A stretch of DNA of 58,746 bases, filler included, from Nemertoderma westbladi (lineage: Eukaryota; Animalia; Xenacoelomorpha), in assembly GCA_032718475.1 (NCBI GenBank). It is 3 parts of 3 records of this genome, joined end to end, with 100 filler letters (N's around TTAATTAATTAA, not from the genome) between each part and the next. Parts side by side here need not be neighbours in the genome. Positions count along the whole stretch, not along the records: positions 1 to 31,937 come from JAUCBJ010008962.1; 2 more parts are not named here. The stretch is one strand, 5' to 3'. The position numbers and the translations under genes were made by a program. Position 1 is the first letter of the stretch, and every line of letters begins with the position of its first letter. Below the pieces are notes generated by a model. It was not told where the DNA came from. It worked only from the letters and a program-made list of their open reading frames with translations, and ran no database searches. This document shows, piece by piece, positions 1-11,494 of this stretch.

Positions 1-1766
1 ATTGTAATTATTTGGTCTGTGGGTTCTGTACTCTCTAAGTTGTTGTTATTTAGTTGCCTTCTAACAGCTGGAGGCAAATCAGGCAATTTCGGTCGGTGGA
101 ATGTTCTTTTACGTCTGCTTAAGCGGGATCGATTTACTCCGCCTTCAGTGTCGGTGGTATCGCCTTCCTCAGATGAGGTATACCCTTGTCTTTTGGGAGT
201 AGATCGACTCATCATCTGCATATTACTAGCTGCTAACTGTTTACTGAAGTCGTCTTGCTTCTCTTGAAGATTTTCCAACTCCAGTTGGATGATCTCTTCA
301 GCCGCTTTTCGTTCTACTTCCGCCACTGCTGCCGCTTTTGCCTCTGCTGCTGCCGCTTTTGCCTCTGCCGCTGCCGCTTTTCGTTCTGCTTCCGCCACTG
401 CTGCCGCTTTTGCCTCTGTTCGTTCTGCTTCCGCCACTGCTGCCGCTTTTGCCGCTGCCGCTGCCGCTTTTGCCTCTGCCGCTGCCGCTTTTCGTTCTGC
501 TTCCGCCACTGCTGCCGCTTTTGCCGCTGCCGCTGCCGCTTTTGCCTCTGCCGCTGCCGCTTTTCTTTCTGCCTCTGCCACTGCTGCTATCTTTCTGTCT
601 TCTATACGCTTTTTCCTTACTTGTTCTTCCCTTTCTCTAGCGATGCGGAGTTGTTCATCGAATTTAGCTTGGTTCGCCGCTAACCTATCCACATCAATTG
701 CATCTAACACACGCTGGGCTCCTTCACTATTAGGGCTAAGCCCATCTAGTCTTCTCCGCAACTCTTCATCACCTACGAAACGCTGATAGTCTGACAGATA
801 GATGTCAATGGCATCCCTCTTATGCGGTTTCTCTGCCGTCGCTTCACTTTCCACTTGGGAAAAAGTAGCGTCTGTTGATTCTCCATGGGTTGAGCGCTCC
901 TCCAACTGAGCTTTCCACTGAGCTGCTCCTTGAACCTGGCGACTCACCCGTTGAAACCAAGTCTTTACGGCAACTTGCAACGACGTGTCTTGTTTTCTTT
1001 TAGAAGCCTCCTCAAAGGCGGATAAGATTAGCCTAATCCGCAGAACTCTTTCTCTAACTTGATAAAGCAGCGATCCCTGCTCTTGAGGTCCTTGAGGTTG
1101 TTGAAAAAGTTGCTTTTCTATTCGCTCCATAGAGCTGAAGAATCCCTGTGCGTATCCGGCTGCGGACCTCTTCCACACAGCTGGATCGATGGTTTCCTTG
1201 GCTACTCCCATCCGGTGTATGTCTTCCCAGGCAGCTTCTGATAAATCAAACGGGAGTCCGGGTCCGTGGAAGTTCCATTGCGACTCGACAATAGACTTCA
1301 GTTCTTCACTAGTGTAGCCCGCGTAGCTATCTCTAGTTGACCGTTGACTTCTCGCCCAATCGATCTGGTGTTCTTCCACCGCGATCAATAACCCAGCGAG
1401 CACGGCTGCAGGAAGGATGAGAAGGGGATCCGTATAAACCGCATCCGTCATCTCTGCTCCGCTCTCGGGTGTCAGCTCTACAGTATCCTCACTACTGGAG
1501 CTGCTGGGCCGCTGAGGAATAAGTTCTTGACTAGCGGGTTGTTGCTGTTCCGCTGCCTTTTGGTCCCGCTTGACCTGAGCTCGAGTGCCTATGATAGACC
1601 TACGATGTTGGACCAGCCTAGGTTCTGTTATTACTACTGGAGGGATGACCTTCCTCACAGTGGGAGGTGAACTGGATTTACGACCAGACGTTTGTACGTC
1701 TCTATCTGAGTCGCAGATAGTTACATCTAATAAACTGTCTGACAGGTTCTGCTTAGTATCAGACAT
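1..1766 (-). CDS. Partial long ORF (>=588 aa, runs off the left edge); low-complexity/coiled-coil protein, probably Gag-like ORF of an LTR retrotransposon
   Basis: Manual translation from ATG at 1766 (MSDTKQNLSDSLLDV...) appears open to the window edge; absent from the ORF track because it has no stop. Contains AEAKAAAVAEAERKAAA repeats (300-590). Lies downstream (minus strand) of the LTR-like repeat ending at 5194. Confidence 0.6.
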   Translation of the reverse strand, partial: MSDTKQNLSDSLLDVTICDSDRDVQTSGRKSSSPPTVRKVIPPVVITEPRLVQHRRSIIGTRAQVKRDQKAAEQQQPASQELIPQRPSSSSSEDTVELTPESGAEMTDAVYTDPLLILPAAVLAGLLIAVEEHQIDWARSQRSTRDSYAGYTSEELKSIVESQWNFHGPGLPFDLSEAAWEDIHRMGVAKETIDPAVWKRSAAGYAQGFFSSMERIEKQLFQQPQGPQEQGSLLYQVRERVLRIRLILSAFEEASKRKQDTSLQVAVKTWFQRVSRQVQGAAQWKAQLEERSTHGESTDATFSQVESEATAEKPHKRDAIDIYLSDYQRFVGDEELRRRLDGLSPNSEGAQRVLDAIDVDRLAANQAKFDEQLRIAREREEQVRKKRIEDRKIAAVAEAERKAAAAEAKAAAAAAKAAAVAEAERKAAAAEAKAAAAAAKAAAVAEAERTEAKAAAVAEAERKAAAAEAKAAAAEAKAAAVAEVERKAAEEIIQLELENLQEKQDDFSKQLAASNMQMMSRSTPKRQGYTSSEEGDTTDTEGGVNRSRLSRRKRTFHRPKLPDLPPAVRRQLNNNNLESTEPTDQIIT

Positions 1767-3095
1767 GACTAGGTATACCGTTGAATGTCTACTGCTGTAT
1801 TACAGTCTGAGTAAGTCTAGTAACTCAGTATTACCTGCTAGCCTAGTAATTAATTACCGGTACTGCTACTCAGTGTAGCGTGATATATATAATATATTAG
1901 AATACCGGTATACTTATAGTATATATAACTATATAAGTATTATTACAGACTAGGTTTATCACAGAATACCGGTATAATTTTAGCACAAATGTATATAAAT
2001 ATATAATAGGCCTATCGGAATACCGGTATACAGCTTACAGTTTGTAGGATATATAATTCTGAAATAGAATTAATTACAAGTACCGGTATAATTTCAGCCT
2101 AGATTTATAGAAATAAAGATAATAGGCCTATTTTAAATACCGGTATATCAATTATTTCAAATAATTGAATTTCTGTTACTTTAGGGTTACTTGGTTACTT
2201 TACTTACTTTATTACCGTTATTTGAGCAGTAATCCAACTGATATTGAGGCCTAATGGTTGTATGGTAGGCCTACGATTTATAAATCGTTAGATTTGATTT
2301 ATAATATATATATACCCGTTTTAGTGGGTTTTGTCAATGTTTGAAATAAATGTTATTATTTCTGGGGAGTAATCACTACACAAAGCGGTGCGCTTTCAGT
2401 GAAGTGTTACGTATAGGACACTATAACAAATAATTCTAATTTACCTAAGTTACTTAATACTACAAATTACGTACAATTCGGGTGCGATTACAATCTCTAA
2501 ATAAACACAAAAATTTTACAAAAAACACAAATACGAATTTTTAGGGTAATTTTACAAGAAGTCTACAAACCAGCCTAACAAAGGGTTAGAAAACTGATTA
2601 TTACAGCGGACAGGGTACTACGGTATTTGAAATAATAAGTAGTAGTAAATATACTGCGTTGTCTAGATAGGAAAATGCCACCGCCTGACGACCTATAGCC
2701 GTATCGCTATAGGTTCTACGTTATGTATCACGGAGTGTTCCTACCTAGAAGTTAATAGAGCTAATCGAATGTGCCTATCAACCACTTTACAACACAGATA
2801 TAATGCCTACAATAATTACTTCGGAAAGTACCGTACACTAAACCCTAAATTAGGTACGAGTACTTGTATAACAGATAATCAGTAATTAAATATACTTGAA
2901 CAGCTAAAAGAACCACGGCATCTGCTGGAGTGACCGATGCACAAAATCACCAGTCTTTACCTACGCCGAGCAGCCCGTGTAGTACCGGGGTTAATTTAAC
3001 TATAACGGTATGTATAACAAACACAATTACTGTAGGAACAAACTTAGGGACTTGAATGTTGCGAATAATCGCATAAACTCTGAATAATAAATATT

Positions 3096-3655
3096 ACGCT
3101 ACGCGTACAAACTACTCAAACAAAATACAGACCGAACACTGACAGACTACTATCAAGCCTAAACAAACTACGGTATATGCAGACTCCGAAATGATTAGGG
3201 AGTATGCGCTCTAACCCAGTAGTGCGACTTATTCTTTAGTTGGGGGTTTACCTTACAGCGTTCGCTGCCCCTACTGCCTAATCGTACTTAATCGGACAGA
3301 TGATCTACACACGCGGCAATCCGTTCAGACCTAATAACAGCCAGACAACTATCCAGCCTACAAATTATCTAAATAAAATTATACGCTACCCGTACAGACT
3401 TACACAAACAAAGTACAGACTAAACGATGGCAGACTACTCTCAAGCCTAAATAAACTACAGGACATGCAGACTCCGAAATGATTAGGGAGTATGCGCTCT
3501 AACCCAGTAGTGCGACTTATTCTTTAGTTGGGGGTTTACCTTACAGCGTGGCTGCCTCTACTTCCTAACCGTACTTAATCGGACAAATGCTCTACACACA
3601 CTGCAATTCGTTCGGACTTAACAGCAATCAGACAACAGCTCAGCCTACAAATTGT
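3096..3655. repeat. Tandem duplication, two ~287-bp copies
   Basis: acgctac..tacaga..agactact.tcaagcctaaa..gcagactccgaaatgattagggagtatgcgctctaacccagtagtgcg occurs from ~3096 and again from ~3383. Confidence 0.85.
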
Positions 3656-3835
3656 CTGTACAATCTGATCAGGTTTACACGCCTTCTGTTCAATACTGGC
3701 CTACAAACAAATAAAACTGACAGAAATAGGCCTAAGTAAAATCCCAATAAAAACCAGGCGTCCCCGATTAATTATTAAGACCTACCGGCATATATAATCA
3801 AATCGAATAATACTGCTGTACTTATACGGAAGTAA

Positions 3836-5194
3836 GTACCGGTCCGGATGATCAGGCAGTCAGGCCTACTGGTTACCGGTCAACCGATACTTTCGACTTT
3901 ATTGCTTACTGCAATAAAGAAGCTATATCCTTTAATGTTCGCGCTTTCAGACCTTTGGCAGTTTAACCCACCAAATTAAGATGTCTTCTAGATATTAAAT
4001 CTGCTTTTAGTCTATGACAAGTATTTGATTCACTACACTAGTCGAAACCAATCCGTGCGCGACCATTCACCCGCTGGATATTCCCGGGAGATTGGGTTCG
4101 ACGGTTTAATTTTATTGCTATGTAAGCCTAATGTATTATTCGACTGACAGTATTATATAATCTCTGACAATATTATTCACCTTCGGTAATATTAACAGTT
4201 CCTTTAGGACGTGGCGCTTTATCTATATAAACAGAGTTATGACTTAAACTACTCACAACGATATGGCTTAATTATAATTCACATATATGGCGCATTCTTT
4301 AGGAATTGCTTCTTTAACAGACTCACTCATACACAATGCTGCACAATACTGCACACTAATCTGCCAATCTTCACTGATTTTAGTCACATATAAAAGGAAC
4401 ACAGGCTGACTCATGTAGGGTCTATCAAATAACATTAGATTCACTTCAAACCACTTTAACATAAGTCACAATCGTTATTGGTAACCTTTCTCTCTTACCT
4501 TCGGTATATCAAGAATATTGGGTTGCGGGGTTATTTATCGTTATTCCAAATATAATAATTCATCAACCATATTATGAAGAACTGACAGTAAATAGCAGTA
4601 TAAAACAACAACTGAACAGTTAGGTATATCGGTACATCAGTACCGGTATGTCAGCATTGAGATATTTACAGAGATATTCAAGTAGTCAGTTTGTTTTGTT
4701 TGATCATCAGTCAGTTAAAGGATATATGCCCTTTATAATTAAACCTACTAGTGTACGACTAAAAAGCAGTACAGCACAAAATACTTCCAAGCCGTTCTTT
4801 CTTTGGCTCAAGACTGAATGATAAACACTGCACATAGGCATTGCGTCATTTCTCGGAAATTTTCTGTACAAGGAGCCACAAAAACGCTCTCATTGGCTGA
4901 CTGAACTGAGAGACGCCGTAGAACAAAGGAAATCAACACGTATGAATGTCAGCTGTTAACCGTAGTCATAGTAACTACTGTTCAAGAGTAGCTATCACCC
5001 CTTTGCGTCACGAATTGCCATAGAATCATAAAATATGCCTTTCACAGTACACATACGGAGGAAATAGGTCTTAGATCCTCTAAAAACACCGATACAGCAA
5101 TAATACGGTCTCTTACACTTATTAAATCAACTACAGAGTATTTTAATGTAAAAGATAATAAAAATAACGGGGCAATTCAGCAAAGGCTTTTACA
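3836..5194 (-). mobile_element. LTR-like dispersed repeat (>=1.35 kb), probable 5' LTR of the element carrying ORF 1-1766
   Basis: Highly similar to 32041-33369; similarity ends just after ...ggcttttACA (TGTAAAAGCC on the minus strand, an LTR-type TG start). Inner boundary unresolved because the second copy begins at a gap. Confidence 0.6.
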
Positions 5195-5478
5195 GTTTCA
5201 GAACATAAAAATTATGGTGTAAAAATATGTTAATTCAAAATATAGAACAAATCATTTGAATTGTGAAAACAGTTTTCTACGGCAGTTTGTCTGAATTAAT
5301 ACTAATGTCATAATGTAATGTAATGTCATAACATAAATAATCATAATGTCATCCGAAAATTTTTCTATCCAGTAACTGGTATGAAATAAGAACTAAGTCA
5401 TAATGAAAATAAATATAAGTTTCAATCGAAATATAAACAAACCAATTACAGGTATATACTGTAGTTAATAGTTGTAAT

Positions 5479-5560
5479 TCAGTAAAGTCTGCCCTTCATT
5501 TCTACTTTATCCATCGCAACCTCAATCTCAGGGTTAGAGAATGTGTCCCAATATGATCCC
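5479..5560 (-). pseudogene. 3' end of fibrinogen-related-domain (FReD) pseudogene
   Basis: Minus-strand translation [23 protein letters not shown] (stop 5479-5481) matches the FReD C-terminal K.EMK.R motif. Confidence 0.8.
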
Positions 5561-6459
5561 TCCCAACCCTCCCTCCCGAAGACGCCGGTTATAGAGAATG
5601 TGTCCCAATATGATCCCTCCCAACCCTCCCTCCCGAAGACGCCGGTTATAGAGAATGTGTCCCAATATGATCCCTCCCAACCCTCCCTCCCGTAGACGCC
5701 GTTTAAGTTGGAGTCTCAGGGTTAGAGAATGTGTCCCAATGTGATCCCTCCCAACCCTCCCTCCCGAAGACGCCGTTTAGGTTGGAGTCTCAGGGTTAGA
5801 GAATGTGTCCCAATGTGATCCCTCCCAACCCTCCCTCCCGTAGACGCCGTTTAGGTTGGAGTCTCAGGGTTAGAGAATGTGTCCCAATGTGATCCCTCCC
5901 AACCCTCCCTCCCTCCCGTAGACGCCGTTTAAGTTGGAGTCTCAGGGTTAGAGAATGTGTCCCAATGTGATCCCTCCCAACCCTCCCTCCCGTAGACGCC
6001 GTTTAGGTTGGAGTCTCAGGGTTAGAGAATGTGTCCCAATGTGATCCCTCCCAACCCTCCCTCCCTCCCGTAGACGCCGTTTAAGTTGGAGTCTCAGGGT
6101 TAGAGAATGTGTCCCAATGTGATCTCTCCCAACCCTCCCTCCCGTAGACGCCGTTTAGGTTGGAGTCTCAGGGTTAGAGAATGTGTCCCAATATGATCCC
6201 TCCCAACCCTCCCTCCCGTAGACGCCGTTTAAGTTGGAGTCTCAGGGTTAGAGTAGAGAATGTGTCCCAATGTGATCTCTCCCAACCCTCCCTCCCGTAG
6301 ACGCCGTTTAGGTTGGAGTCTCAGGGTTAGAGAATGTGTCCCAATGTGATCTCTCCCAACCCTCCCTCCCGTAGACGCCGTTTAGGTTGGAGTCTCAGGG
6401 TTAGAGAATGTGTCCCAATGTGATCCCTCCCAACCCTCCCTCCCTCCCGTAGACGCCGT
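5524..6459. repeat. 74-bp minisatellite (first units ~57 bp) derived from FReD coding sequence; resumes at 18280-18445
   Basis: Unit gtttaggttggagtctcagggttagagaatgtgtcccaatgtgatccctcccaaccctccctcccgtagacgcc; minus strand encodes [24 protein letters not shown]. Confidence 0.95.
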
Positions 6460-7008
6460 TGTGACGGGATCCAAGAGGGATCCCGGTTTATCCGGTTTTA
6501 GTTCACGCGTCCCCGCCGTGTATAAGGAGTAAATGAGTTTATGCTGTTCGTCGTATATAATATTAGGATATGTAGATATAGATATAGATATAGATATGAG
6601 ATAATATTGTCGTATACGGAAGGCGGGATACGGTAACTAAAGTCCCGGTGCTTCCCTATCTAAAACTATGGTAACCTAATCTAGCACCGGTATTGCACTG
6701 AGATAACTGAATTGGTATGATTACTGCCAAGTGGCTATATTGCACGGTTGGCCTTGTTACTCTACCTAATCGATGCCTTTCCCCCCTCTGATTGGTTGAT
6801 ACCCTTGTTGGCGCCCTTTGGAGTGTTCCCGTTCACTCCACCTATTCTCTCTGGGTTAGGGGTTTGGCCCCTGACCCTCATTGTGTGCTTCTCCTTCCCA
6901 TTCTTATTGGGATGCCACGAGTTGGTTAATTACCCAATCTCGCGGCTCCCAATATTGCTTATCGGCTTATAACTTTATGGGGTGTTAGCGGGATTGAATA
7001 AGCTAACA
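6460..7008 (-). repeat. 3' LTR of element 6460-18279
   Basis: tgtgacgggatcc...aagctaaca; differs from the other LTR by a handful of substitutions plus indels in the (ATATAG)n tract. Confidence 0.95.
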
Positions 7009-7017
7009 CTCCCCCCC
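7009..7017 (-). promoter_or_regulatory. Polypurine tract (GGGGGGGAG) preceded by an 11-bp-stem hairpin (7018-7046)
   Basis: ctccccccc abuts the LTR; atgctatcttc-ccggtaa-gaagatagcat lies immediately internal. Confidence 0.85.
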
Positions 7018-7718
7018 ATGCTATCTTCCCGGTAAGAAGATAGCATCAACCAAAAAGTGCGCTACAATCCCGCTGGATCCCGATCTAGTATCGGGTGTGG
7101 GGTGGAATTCTTTTCTCTCGGAGCCGGCTTTCCAGGCCGCTCCCTATGGGTATGATAACGCTACCCTGTGTGCCTGGCGTCTCATGTCGGGCCGATCGCG
7201 CTCACCTCTCACGCAACTTTTGTTTCCCCAACACTTCCGCCCTATCTCTTCTTCACTCTCACCCTAACTCTCTCATATACTCGGACCTCCTCGTCCCTCA
7301 CTCAGCCTCTTATTCTCCCCCCCCCCCACACTAGAATTGCGTCCGCACTCTCTCCGCACTCCGCACTATTACTCCGTCCCTCAACCTCACTTCGACTGTC
7401 TCATCCCTTCTGACGAATCTCCCCCCCTCTTGTGCCGTCGCACTCAAGAAGTGTGAAATTGTCTGGTGTCTCGTCCATAGTGCCATAGTCAGTTATCCCC
7501 CAGTCCCAGTAGCTAATTGAGAAAGGTTGTATGACTATAGTACTTACTCCCAGCGTATATATTCGTAGATTACTAATTACTACATACGTACATACAAATT
7601 GCACTTATATGATTATTTGCATTAATTAAATTTGTACTTAATAGTTCGTACGTCCCACGCGGCGCCTTCCAGGCGTACCACGTCCAAGTCCCAGTCTCTC
7701 TCCCTCGACTCTGGGAAC

Positions 7719-10268
7719 CTATCTGTTCCTCTGGGGATAGTTCCCCCTGGCGTCCTCTTCCCTGGGTCGTTTCTTGGTTATCACCGTTCCTCTGGCATCA
7801 TCCGCTTTCTGCTTTCGGACCTTCGCCGCCACCTCCCTGCTGATCCCGGTCGTTGGCTCCTTGGGCGCTGGTGTTATTAGTGCCCGATATCGCTTCGCCG
7901 GTGGCCCCTCAGAGTGGCCCGGTTGTCTCCCTCTGGTGGCGTCCCATAGGATCATTTTCATTGCCTTTGGTACGTGCTCCACCAAGAAATCCCTAAACTC
8001 CCTTCGGTTCTCTGGCGTCCACCTGTCCAAATACCTTTGCGTGTTCATCACTCCGGCGTACGACGCCGCCGTTGCTACCTCTTGGTAGGTAAACGGTAGC
8101 CTCCGCTTTATGATTTCCATGTGAGTCTCCTGATTGATAAGGAAGAAACCCCACTTGAACTCCTGGGCCTTCATGCGCTGGCGCGTCATGGCCCCGACGT
8201 CGGCCCACTCCTCGAATCTTGTGAACTTCTCCTCGTCGTTCATCCAGTCGCACTCGCGTCCGTAGTGTCCCCGAAAGTGGCACTTTGGACATCGGTTATG
8301 CAACCGTGGACACGCCCCCATCCTGTGGCTTGGTTCTCTGCAGTAGAGACAAAAGGTTCCCTTTTGGAACCGGTATAGGCAGCTGCTTTCCCGATGGGTC
8401 TGTCTCCCACAGTAGTCGCAGCCGAGTACCAATGTCTCCCGTCCCACCTCGTCTTTCGTCCCAAGCGATCTCCGCGGTCTGTGGAGTCGCTGGTAGGCGA
8501 ACTTCTCTACGTTGGTCTCTCTATCTACGTCGATCTCTCCGCCCCTCTCGGGCATCGTCTCCCCGAATACTACCCGTGGTGCCGTCCCCGGTTGTTCGCC
8601 CAACCTGATGGTGCTCCCCGCGAAATCCATCGCCGGCTCCTCGTGCACCCAGGTCCGCTTGCCGGATCTGTTCCAGAAGGCCCTCGCCCCACTGGCCGTC
8701 ACCACCCTTCCGCCAACCCAGTCCGTGTCCGAGTGGCCTATCCTCTCGATGGGCGGCATCTCTCCGAACTCGTCGTCGTCCTCCTCCTCTTGTGGCAGTG
8801 TCTCCAACCCCGGTATCCTGATGGATCCACTATGTCCCTTCCCGCCTTGGCTCTCGCCTGTAGCTCTCCATCCCTCTAGCTCCCTTAACTTCCTTGGCGG
8901 TTGGTCGCCCTCGGCGCCCGCTGGTATGGGCATCGTTTGCAACCCCGACGTCGACTGTTTCGGTGATCCCACCGTCCATCCCAATTCTCGCCCTAGAGAC
9001 TCCCCCGAACTCCCTGATGAAGTCCAATGAAGTTCGTCCAGGCCTGCCTGTTCCTCGAAGCCGTAACTCTGTGTCCTGGCCTCCTCTTCCCTCTCCTCTG
9101 CTTCTATCCTCTCCCGTCTAGCGACTTCTTCCAGTCGCTTTGCTTCTCGTCTATCCGTCTCTAGCTGCTCCCATCTCTGATACGGTGTATCTGTCTCCCC
9201 GTCTACCAGATGCCGGCTGTTGTAGTACACCGACTCGCCCTTCAGCCCCGGGTGGTCTACCAGACCGTCAAAGGCCGTCTTAAAGGCTCTCCTGTAGCTT
9301 AGGGGTGATCCCGATAACAGAAATGCCCCTGGTTCCCTCTCGATAACTACGGTCATGAATAAGTTAAGCAAACTTATCATCATCCAGTCCTCCTGCAGGA
9401 TATATCGCTTCTGATATACCTTCATCGCTCCCCTGCTGAACTGATATACCTCCTGCTTTCCCGGTCTCGCTCCCCACTTTAGCGAGTTCGCTAGTTCTGC
9501 TCCGTATTCTTCCCTAAACTTCCCCCAGTCCATTGGTTTGTGGCATACGAGCCCCAATAATTGGCCCATCGCCACCGCCCCGCATTGGCCTGTGTTTTCG
9601 ACTACCCCCAACCCATCCGGTGCCGTCATAGCCATAAAGACCTTCTGCATATCCAGGAGGTTGGTGGCGTCCGGACCGATGATCCTCTCCGCGTCCTCGC
9701 GAATCGCCGATCCCACTTTCGTCGTCGACTTCTCTCTTACTAAGACTTGTACCGCTTTCGGTAACCGGTTTAATTTCGGCCCGTCCTTCTTCCCATACGT
9801 CCCTAGGTCGAATAAGAAGATGTCCCCATTTGGCGCGGCCAAATGTAGGAGTATGGTCCTGGCCGACCCCGCAGTTCCTCGTCTCGAACCCGCCTCGTCT
9901 TCCACGGTTCCCTCATCATCTAGGATCATGTATCCTCCTCTGTTGACGGACTCTATGAATCTCTTCCAGTCCTTCCTCGGTGATTCCCTCGGGTACTTCG
10001 GAATCCCGAACTTCGCCTCGTCCCCTTTCACCACGTAGTGGAAGTGTTGGAAGATCGCGTTGTCCAGCGACGGCGTCCCGTAGGTCCCGACCAGCCGCTG
10101 TTCGTGCATCTCCCTGAAGTGATCCTGCAGCGCTCGCGCCGCGTGACCCCTTTCCAACCTCTCGTAATATCCTCTCGTCTTCTCTTCTGGATGCCTCTCG
10201 GTGAAATCCACCAGTATCTCCTTTCCTCCTGACTCCGCTTTTCTCTTTCTGATCAACTTACTCGCCAT
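7719..10268 (-). CDS. Element-encoded protein: N-terminal DnaQ/DEDDy-like 3'-5' exonuclease (WRN/EXD/RNase D-type), charged linker, three CCHC zinc knuckles
   Basis: ExoI-like MILDDEG; LLHLAAPNGDIFLFDL; LPKAVQVLVREKSTTKVGSAIREDAERI (cf. LP..L..LL.D..I.KVG.GI..D...L); LLDMQ; ExoIII-like QKRYILQED; knuckles CDYCGRQTHRESSC, CLYCREPSHRMGAC, CPKCHFRGHYGREC; intact 849 aa. Confidence 0.8.
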   Translation of the reverse strand: MASKLIRKRKAESGGKEILVDFTERHPEEKTRGYYERLERGHAARALQDHFREMHEQRLVGTYGTPSLDNAIFQHFHYVVKGDEAKFGIPKYPRESPRKDWKRFIESVNRGGYMILDDEGTVEDEAGSRRGTAGSARTILLHLAAPNGDIFLFDLGTYGKKDGPKLNRLPKAVQVLVREKSTTKVGSAIREDAERIIGPDATNLLDMQKVFMAMTAPDGLGVVENTGQCGAVAMGQLLGLVCHKPMDWGKFREEYGAELANSLKWGARPGKQEVYQFSRGAMKVYQKRYILQEDWMMISLLNLFMTVVIEREPGAFLLSGSPLSYRRAFKTAFDGLVDHPGLKGESVYYNSRHLVDGETDTPYQRWEQLETDRREAKRLEEVARRERIEAEEREEEARTQSYGFEEQAGLDELHWTSSGSSGESLGRELGWTVGSPKQSTSGLQTMPIPAGAEGDQPPRKLRELEGWRATGESQGGKGHSGSIRIPGLETLPQEEEDDDEFGEMPPIERIGHSDTDWVGGRVVTASGARAFWNRSGKRTWVHEEPAMDFAGSTIRLGEQPGTAPRVVFGETMPERGGEIDVDRETNVEKFAYQRLHRPRRSLGTKDEVGRETLVLGCDYCGRQTHRESSCLYRFQKGTFCLYCREPSHRMGACPRLHNRCPKCHFRGHYGRECDWMNDEEKFTRFEEWADVGAMTRQRMKAQEFKWGFFLINQETHMEIIKRRLPFTYQEVATAASYAGVMNTQRYLDRWTPENRREFRDFLVEHVPKAMKMILWDATRGRQPGHSEGPPAKRYRALITPAPKEPTTGISREVAAKVRKQKADDARGTVITKKRPREEDARGNYPQRNR

Positions 10269-10759
10269 TCCGAACGTTCACTCGCTCACCTGCAAGGTGG
10301 TGCCTTACCAAGGCGCAATACAGATGAGTGATGTATCTAAGATGTTCTGTACGGTTCGATAATGGCCTATTTTCTACTTAACTGCGCCTTTTAACCTAAA
10401 TTATCACTAATTAATTTTGAAGCTAGTAAATGAGCGTAATTTACAATTTCTGTCCGTTACTTTTATTATGTTCTAGAATAACTTCCCTTGTGTTGCCACT
10501 ATTTTGTAACTTTCAGCCCTATTCTATTTATTTATCTATTTAATTTGATTCTACTGTCCTACTACTTACTACTGCCTATGGATTATTCTATTCTCTAATC
10601 CACATTCTGGCCTACTCTGTATTCTGGCCTATGCAGTACAGCAGTATGCGTCGTGTGGCCACACGACTTACCCAGCTGTACTCATATGCCCCCCTCTCTC
10701 TACTAACTGCTAACTAATATCTATATCTATATCCCCTTTTACCTCTTACTCTCTCTCTT

Positions 10760-11320
10760 CTAACTAACGGTACTACGTACCCTCTAACTCTAATTCCAAC
10801 TAACTAACGGCACTTACGTACCCTCTAACTCTCTAACTAACTAGCGGTACTTACGTACCCTCTAACTCTCTAACTAACTATCGGTACTACGTACCCTCTA
10901 ACTCTCTAACTAACTAGCGGTACTTACGTACCCTCTAACTCTCTAACTAACTATCGGTACTACGTACCCTCTAACTCTCTAACTAACTAGCGGTACTTAC
11001 GTACCCTCTAGCTCTCTAACTAACTATCGGTACTACGTACCCTCTAACTCTCTAACTAACTAGCGGTACTTACGTACCCTCTAACTCTCTAACTAACTAT
11101 CGGTACTACGTACCCTCTAACTCTCTAACTAACTATCGGTACTTACATACCCTCTAACTCTCTGACTAACTAGGTACTACGTACCTTCTAACTAACTAAC
11201 TAAGTAGGTACTACGTACCTTCTAACTAACTCTCTGACTGGCGGTACTACGTACCTTCTAACTAACTAACTAACTAGGTACTACGTACCTTCTAACTAAC
11301 TCTCTGCCTACTAACTGCGT
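10760..11320. repeat. 37/38-bp tandem array inside the LTR element, between gag-pro and the exonuclease ORF
   Basis: Alternating units ctaactaactagcggtacttacgtaccctctaactct / ctaactaactatcggtactacgtaccctctaactct. Confidence 0.9.
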
Positions 11321-11494
11321 ACCTACCATGTACTATTATTTTTATTTTATTTTATTTTTTATTTTGTTTGTGGGAAGGGCGTCTCGCCCTCAATCCCACC
11401 CCCCTCAGTCCAAAACTTGGACGACTAAACTCTACTCTAACTCCAAGTTAAGGTGCCCCTTCTAGCAGACAGGTAACACCTCTGCCCGCACCTT

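Noticed and set aside
255-786. Plus-strand Cys-, Ala- and Leu/Pro-rich ORFs
   Set aside because: Antisense shadows of the repeat within the long minus-strand ORF
5524-6459. CRISPR-like appearance of regular repeats (also 29405-29790, 55025-55692)
   Set aside because: Head-to-tail units without unique spacers, no cas genes, eukaryotic context
6748-6972. Hydrophobic 74-aa ORF duplicated at 18019-18243
   Set aside because: Lies inside the LTRs, antisense to the element, with a non-ATG start; duplication is explained by the LTRs
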